A stretch of 47,091 nucleotides of DNA from Eledone cirrhosa (Eukaryota): the NCBI GenBank assembly GCA_964016885.1, contig CAXHJY010001539.1:1-47091 (forward strand). Reading direction: 5' to 3'. A program made the position numbers and the translations under genes. The notes under the pieces are model-generated. The model was not told where the DNA came from. It saw nothing but the letters and a program-made list of their open reading frames with translations, and did no database searches. Positions within the stretch are counted from its first letter, which is position 1; every line of letters starts with the position of its first letter. Of the stretch, positions 40,422-47,091 are shown in pieces.

Positions 40422-40751
40422 CAGACACAACACGCAATGAAAATAATACTAATGATAAGAATAAGAATAATTTCTAACAAAAGTACAATATAAGTATATT
40501 TTATATGTATATATTTTTTTTTCTTCTTCTTTTTCTTCTTTTTTCTTTTCTTTCCCTCCTGGTCTTTTGATTGAGAAAAGGCCTTGGGCGCGCCGCTGAT
40601 CGCTTTTAGATGTCCTGTATTAAGCGCCGAAACATCTTGATCTCGATTTTACAGCTGATGAAGGGTTTCTTTTCTTTTCTTGTTTCGTCCAAACTACCAT
40701 CTTAAACTTTGTTTACAATAAGCACACAGCTCCTTTCGTTTCTTATAATTT

Positions 40752-40786
<35 letters not shown>

Positions 40787-40827
40787 ATTGGAAAACGTGT
40801 GAAATCCTTGGTACAGTTAGGTATATT

Positions 40828-41003
40828 TAAAAAAAGGAAAAGAATGACATCATTTGTAATTCTAAAGAATTTAATTTAATTTTATATTATTATGATTTTA
40901 CAATTTGGTTTTGTAGATCTACAAAGCTAAATTGTAAAATTATAATATAAAATTAAATTAACTTGTTTAGAACTACAAGTGAAGTCATTATTTTCCTTTT
41001 TTA
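40828..41003. repeat. Imperfect AT-rich fold-back palindrome with no spacer
   Basis: Centre tttgtagatctacaaa (axis 40917/40918). Arms extend to aaaaggaaaa.aatgac / gtcatt.ttttcctttt. Confidence 0.7.
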
Positions 41004-41084
<81 letters not shown>

Positions 41085-41331
41085 TGTATGTGTATGTATG
41101 TATGTTTGTATATATCTTTATATATATATATATTGACTGAGAGAGCGTTTGTAGGTGTGTTGATTTTTTATTTACTAATGTGCCAAGGGTTCTTTGTTTT
41201 TATTGCATACATACGTACATACATACATAGATACATACATTTATACACACATACACACACACATACACACACACATACATACATACATACATACATACAT
41301 ACATACATACATACATACATACATACATACA

Positions 41332-41362
<31 letters not shown>

Positions 41363-41844
41363 GGGCGACTCATATGTCCGACGATGGTAACAATCAATAA
41401 TTTTAATTTAATGAGCCATAAAATGCCACCATAATTCGCCAACATAATGAATATAATACATATAATGAAGTTTTAACAAGACCCTGTCATAAATAAATCT
41501 TGTAATCTCCTTGCTCCTTCACTTCCCAAGCTAACAACGTATCCCATGTAAAATTTCACTGAGGCAGACGATCGTAACGGTCGCCATTATTTGCCTTTCT
41601 TGTATATGTCGTTGATGTCTTACATTTCCATCCCGACACCATCATTGTTGAGTTTTGTTTTGTGTTGTTATAATAGCCCCAATCTTATCCAGTAAACCTT
41701 TAAACATACACTTAAATATACACAACACAAGCATATATACACATCCAGAAGTGCACATCTGTCTATTAATCTAACTATAGCTATATGTATGTATGTAAGT
41801 ATGTATGTATGTATGTATGTGTGTGAATATATGTATCCATGCAG

Positions 41845-41902
<58 letters not shown>

Positions 41903-42215
41903 GTATGTATGTATGTATGTATGTATGTATGTATGTATGTATGTATGTATGTATGTATGTATGTATGTATGTATGTTTCTTTGTATGCATACATGTATGT
42001 ATGTGAATATTTATATATGGGTTAGTTTCAGAAGATCCCGTTAAGGGTGAAAGCAGCGATTCTTTGCTTAAACTTTAATTTGTTATTTTAATAAATATTT
42101 GCTCTACGGTTCTTATATATTTGATATATATTTATCCTTATCGAGCCCTCTTTGGATTTTCGTCTTCAAATTTATTATTATTACTATATATATATATATG
42201 TATCCATCGAGCTAT

Positions 42216-42252
<37 letters not shown>

Positions 42253-42380
42253 TGTATGTATGTATGTATGTATGTATGTATGTATGTATGTATGTATGCA
42301 TCTATGTATGTATGCATGTATGTATGTGAATATATGTGTCTATCCATCCAGCTATATATATGTATATATAGCTATATGTA

Positions 42381-42427
<47 letters not shown>

Positions 42428-42950
42428 ATATATATATGTGTGTGTGTGTGTATGTGTATCTCTGTGTGTGTATTCCTCCCCCAACACCACTAACATCACC
42501 ATATAACATACAACACAGCCAAGCAGTTCTAGTCCCTCTATAAATCCTTTCCCTCCAATACTTTCTATCCTACCCCTCCCCCACCACCATCATAGCCCCT
42601 AAATTTCCTACCATATGTCCGCTGGACTAAACCGTTGCTGGTCATCGTACTTAAGCTGCACTTCATCCTTCTGTCTACCTGCTGAACTCCACTCCCCCCT
42701 GCTGCCCCCCCCCCCCCGCCACTCCACTCCACCATGCTGCACTCAACTACATCACATGTTGTCTCCTACTTCAGTTTAGATTAGAATAACACATCACTTC
42801 TGCCCGATCATACCAAATTCCTTACCAGCCAACAATGATACCAGATAACCATCTCACCAGCTAGCCAACCAGACAGCTTCATCAATGGTAACACATAAAC
42901 AAGATGGTGTAAGACAGAACAAAGGAGAGACACACAAAATAAAAAACCAA

Positions 42951-42993
42951 GTCGCTGAGGAGGTCACAGAATGTGTGACGAAAGAGCTCTGAC
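42951..42993 (+). ncRNA. Minimal type I hammerhead, predicted cleavage after CUC at 42989
   Basis: gtcg-CTGAGGA-g-GTCACA gaatg TGTGAC-GAAA-GAGCTC-tgac. Confidence 0.75.
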
Positions 42994-43169
42994 AATATGT
43001 AAACCTTCCGGTTATCGAACCAACCAACCGGAAATTTATAATAAATTGAAGTGAAAACCAACAGGTGTGTGTGTTTTTATTGACAACATGAGCCTCCCAA
43101 AGTATAACAATATCTGTTTCAACACACGTTTTCAGATAAGAAATCTCCCCCAAAAATTAAAAAACGAGT

Positions 43170-43227
<58 letters not shown>

Positions 43228-43419
43228 AACATGAATGGATCTGTTATTTTTATCTAAAGACATGTTTTCCCAATTCCAACCCAGCCGTCCTCTCAATCTA
43301 TCTTATTTCTCATTCTTTCTTCTGATGAACAACTAGCGTCCGAACGTTCAAACCCTCTTTCTGCTATATCAAGCGTAAGGATAAATATATATCAAATATA
43401 TAAGAACCCTAGAGAAAAT

Positions 43420-43448
43420 CCCGAGCAAAGCCGGGCCATTCTGCTAGT
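43420..43448 (+). mobile_element. Helitron-like 3' terminus
   Basis: GC hairpin cccgagcaaagccggg, 8 nt upstream of CTAG|T. Confidence 0.5.
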
Positions 43449-43452
43449 ATAT

Positions 43453-43562
<110 letters not shown>

Positions 43563-43962
43563 GCATACGTATATATATATATATATAAATGTATATATAT
43601 ATGTATGTATATATATATATATGTGTGTGTATATATATATATAGAGAGAGAGAGACGGAGTGAGGAGGAGGAGAGAGATGTAGATATATATTTAAGCCAT
43701 ATAGGCATTATCAAGACATTGTCAAGTCATCAAGACTGGGCTCCGATCAAATTCATCATTTAGAGATGTCAACAGCCAAACAGGTGTACTGAGTGGTACA
43801 CTAGAAAATGTCACCTTAATTAAACAAGACATGGTTTAATGGAATGACATTGTTATTCCGACTTTGACTTAATGGTAAATATTGGCCAAGATTACGTAAA
43901 AATAATGTTTTTATGTATACGTTTGATTGAATACAATTAACTATATATATATATATATTATA

Positions 43963-44050
<88 letters not shown>

Positions 44051-44372
44051 TAATATATTTGTTTATTTATATATATATATATATATGTGTGTGTGTATGA
44101 GTATATATATGTACATACGTGTGTATTTGTATGTATATATATATACATAAATATATATATATACGTGTATGTGAGTATATATATATATATATACGTGTGT
44201 ATGACTATGTATATATATACGTAAGTTATTACAGGACTAGTTCTGACTGGTTCAGTTCATTTAGGTAAAACAAGACAGTCGCTCTACATGAGTTATTGAG
44301 TATAACTTCTATTAATTCTAATTCCTTTCCGTTTTTTTAATGGATTACCACTAAAGTGCACACATACTGACA

Positions 44373-44446
<74 letters not shown>

Positions 44447-44499
44447 CATTATATATATATATACAAATATATGTATATATGTGTATATGTGTGTATATA

Positions 44500-44571
<72 letters not shown>

Positions 44572-44594
44572 TATATATATATGTATATATATAC

Positions 44595-44659
<65 letters not shown>

Positions 44660-44837
44660 AATATAGTCCAAAATAATATATAATTTATATGAACATTTGT
44701 TGACCACATTAGTTGAAGATGTACCTTAATAGCTAAAAAATATCCAGGTGAGTATCATGTGCTTGTAACTGAGTATGTATATATATATATATATATATAT
44801 GCATGTATATGTGGGTATACATATATATATATATATG

Positions 44838-44886
<49 letters not shown>

Positions 44887-44955
44887 TTATATAATCATGC
44901 ATATATATATAAATATATATATACATATACATACATACATACATACATACATACA

Positions 44956-44987
<32 letters not shown>

Positions 44988-45120
44988 AACATACATACAT
45001 ACATAGTTTCCTATATGAATATGTATAAATGCAAGCAGATGTCTTATTAGCTTTGATTAATAGACTCTGGATAACAAACACTAATTGTTTGCTTAATTCT
45101 TCATAATTAACTTGTTTTAC

Positions 45121-45127
45121 TTGTCAT
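45121..45127 (-). CDS. Speculative first coding segment ATG ACA A|gtaaaa (phase 1)
   Basis: The phase fits the downstream exons (would give MTSRILVD... or MTNRLV...). A minus-strand CCAAT lies about 400 bp upstream (~45527). The donor is weak and the match could be chance. Confidence 0.15.
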
Positions 45128-45206
45128 TATAATTATTGTTATTAGTGGTGGCGCTGGTAGTGGTGGTGGCGGGTAATTTTATGATGGTGTTGGTGGTGGT
45201 GGTGTA

Positions 45207-45282
<76 letters not shown>

Positions 45283-45319
45283 GGTGAGAGAGCGAGAAAG
45301 AGATGTAAGTAAATATAAA

Positions 45320-45405
<86 letters not shown>

Positions 45406-45882
45406 CGTACGAAGCAGTCAACGAAGCAGTCAACCAGCCGACCAACCATCCGAACATCCGAACAACCAACCAATTATCCGAACTGCCACCCACCTATTTC
45501 CCCATACACTCCCACCCCACCTGACCTATTGGCTGCTAATGACGGAATCACAATGTGTAGTGTCTGTAGATAACGTGCCAACACGAGATGTTAGCATTAA
45601 ATATTCATTACACGATATCAGGATCGAATCACTAGAAGGCCACTTATGTAGATAATCAACACCTGAGATCTTTCTTCATCAGACGACAATCCATGTGGGT
45701 GCATGTATGTGTGTGTATGTGTGTATCTGTGTGTATGTGTGTGTATATGTATGTGTATGTATCTATTCGTTTGTCTATTTGTATTTACCTATCTATACAT
45801 AGTTAAATAGTTAGTTGTATAGTTCGGTAGATAAATAGATAGATAGACAGATAGACAGACAGATATATATATATATAGAGAG

Positions 45883-45952
<70 letters not shown>

Positions 45953-46305
45953 GTTTCTTTATTTGCCACAAGGTTGCACTAGAAATAGGACATACAGGAC
46001 GTATGGCGTGGATTTTACATTTAAGCGTGTAAACAGTTTTAACTGTTATAAAATAATTAAATAACAATCGAAATCCCCAATAGGGGGAACGTTACACCCC
46101 GTAGATAGAACAACCCTCAACTCCAGAAGCATGTTTTGTAAGTGCTCCTGTCTTCTCTCTTTTGTATTATTCAACCTAGATAGATTGATTGATAGAAGTG
46201 TCCACTGAGAGTCGGGATCTGATCATATGATCAAACCCGAGCTGATCGATATGAAGACATATTGTAATATGTAATAAAGTTTACAAAACCTGCCATTCTT
46301 ATTGT

Positions 46306-46456
<151 letters not shown>

Positions 46457-46575
46457 TCATCTGATGGTTCTGTTAAACAGGCAAAACTCTAAGATAAACA
46501 AGACTCACTATTTAGCCTTGATAAAATGGATATTAAAACTCTACTTCGGTATTGAGTACTCTTTTCTCTCAGCCG

Positions 46576-46620
<45 letters not shown>

Positions 46621-46857
46621 TATGTATATATATACGAGTTTGGAATCCGACTGTCTTTTCCACTACATGGTCTGTTTATTGTTTTTTTATTTTCCAAATG
46701 CATTTTCATTTCGGGCATTCGATGATTGCTTGCATCTCTTCTATATATGTATATAGTGTATATATGTTTAATCTATATGTATGTATATTTAGGGCAGTTA
46801 TCAAAGGTGAATAGATTGGTTGGAACAATAACGGCCTTGTTTACGTATATATATATG

Positions 46858-47008
<151 letters not shown>

Positions 47009-47091
47009 GTGTATATATATATATTTATATATATATATGTATGTATATATATTATTCAAAATATTAATAAATGAAAAGTATTCTCATAATC

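Noticed and set aside
42025-42062. cagaaga-t-ccc gttaa ggg-t-gaaa hammerhead-like motif (also ~14148)
   Set aside because: Core U4 is A in both copies, and there is no clear stem III or stem I; at most a relic.
45670-45690. Isolated CTGATGA half-cores (here on the minus strand and at ~40655)
   Set aside because: No matching stem II or GAAA box was found.

Overview
AT-rich, microsatellite-saturated animal genomic DNA. The SINE families resemble those of octopod cephalopods (taxon inferred, not verified). Almost all supplied ORFs are simple-repeat artefacts. The one real gene is a minus-strand tailless/TLX (NR2E1) nuclear receptor. Its DNA-binding domain is rebuilt from three exons (32349-32268, a 19-nt microexon at 31140-31122, and 28990-28855), with a probable upstream exon at 39672-39586. 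No hinge or ligand-binding exon is visible, so the next intron appears to be at least 28.8 kb. The most striking element is a 5.3-kb array (6840-12115) of apparently identical 311-bp units, each carrying a type I hammerhead ribozyme within a highly structured unit (retrozyme-like). The array is arranged head-to-head: about 5.4 units on the minus strand, then about 11.6 on the plus strand. At least six further, sequence-distinct hammerhead-bearing (Penelope-like) families are scattered through the locus, several as head-to-head palindromes next to (AT)n tracts. Also present are tRNA-derived SINE clusters, RTE-clade LINE remnants, a MITE, a Helitron-like end and minisatellites. All structures were read by eye; no folding or database search was run.
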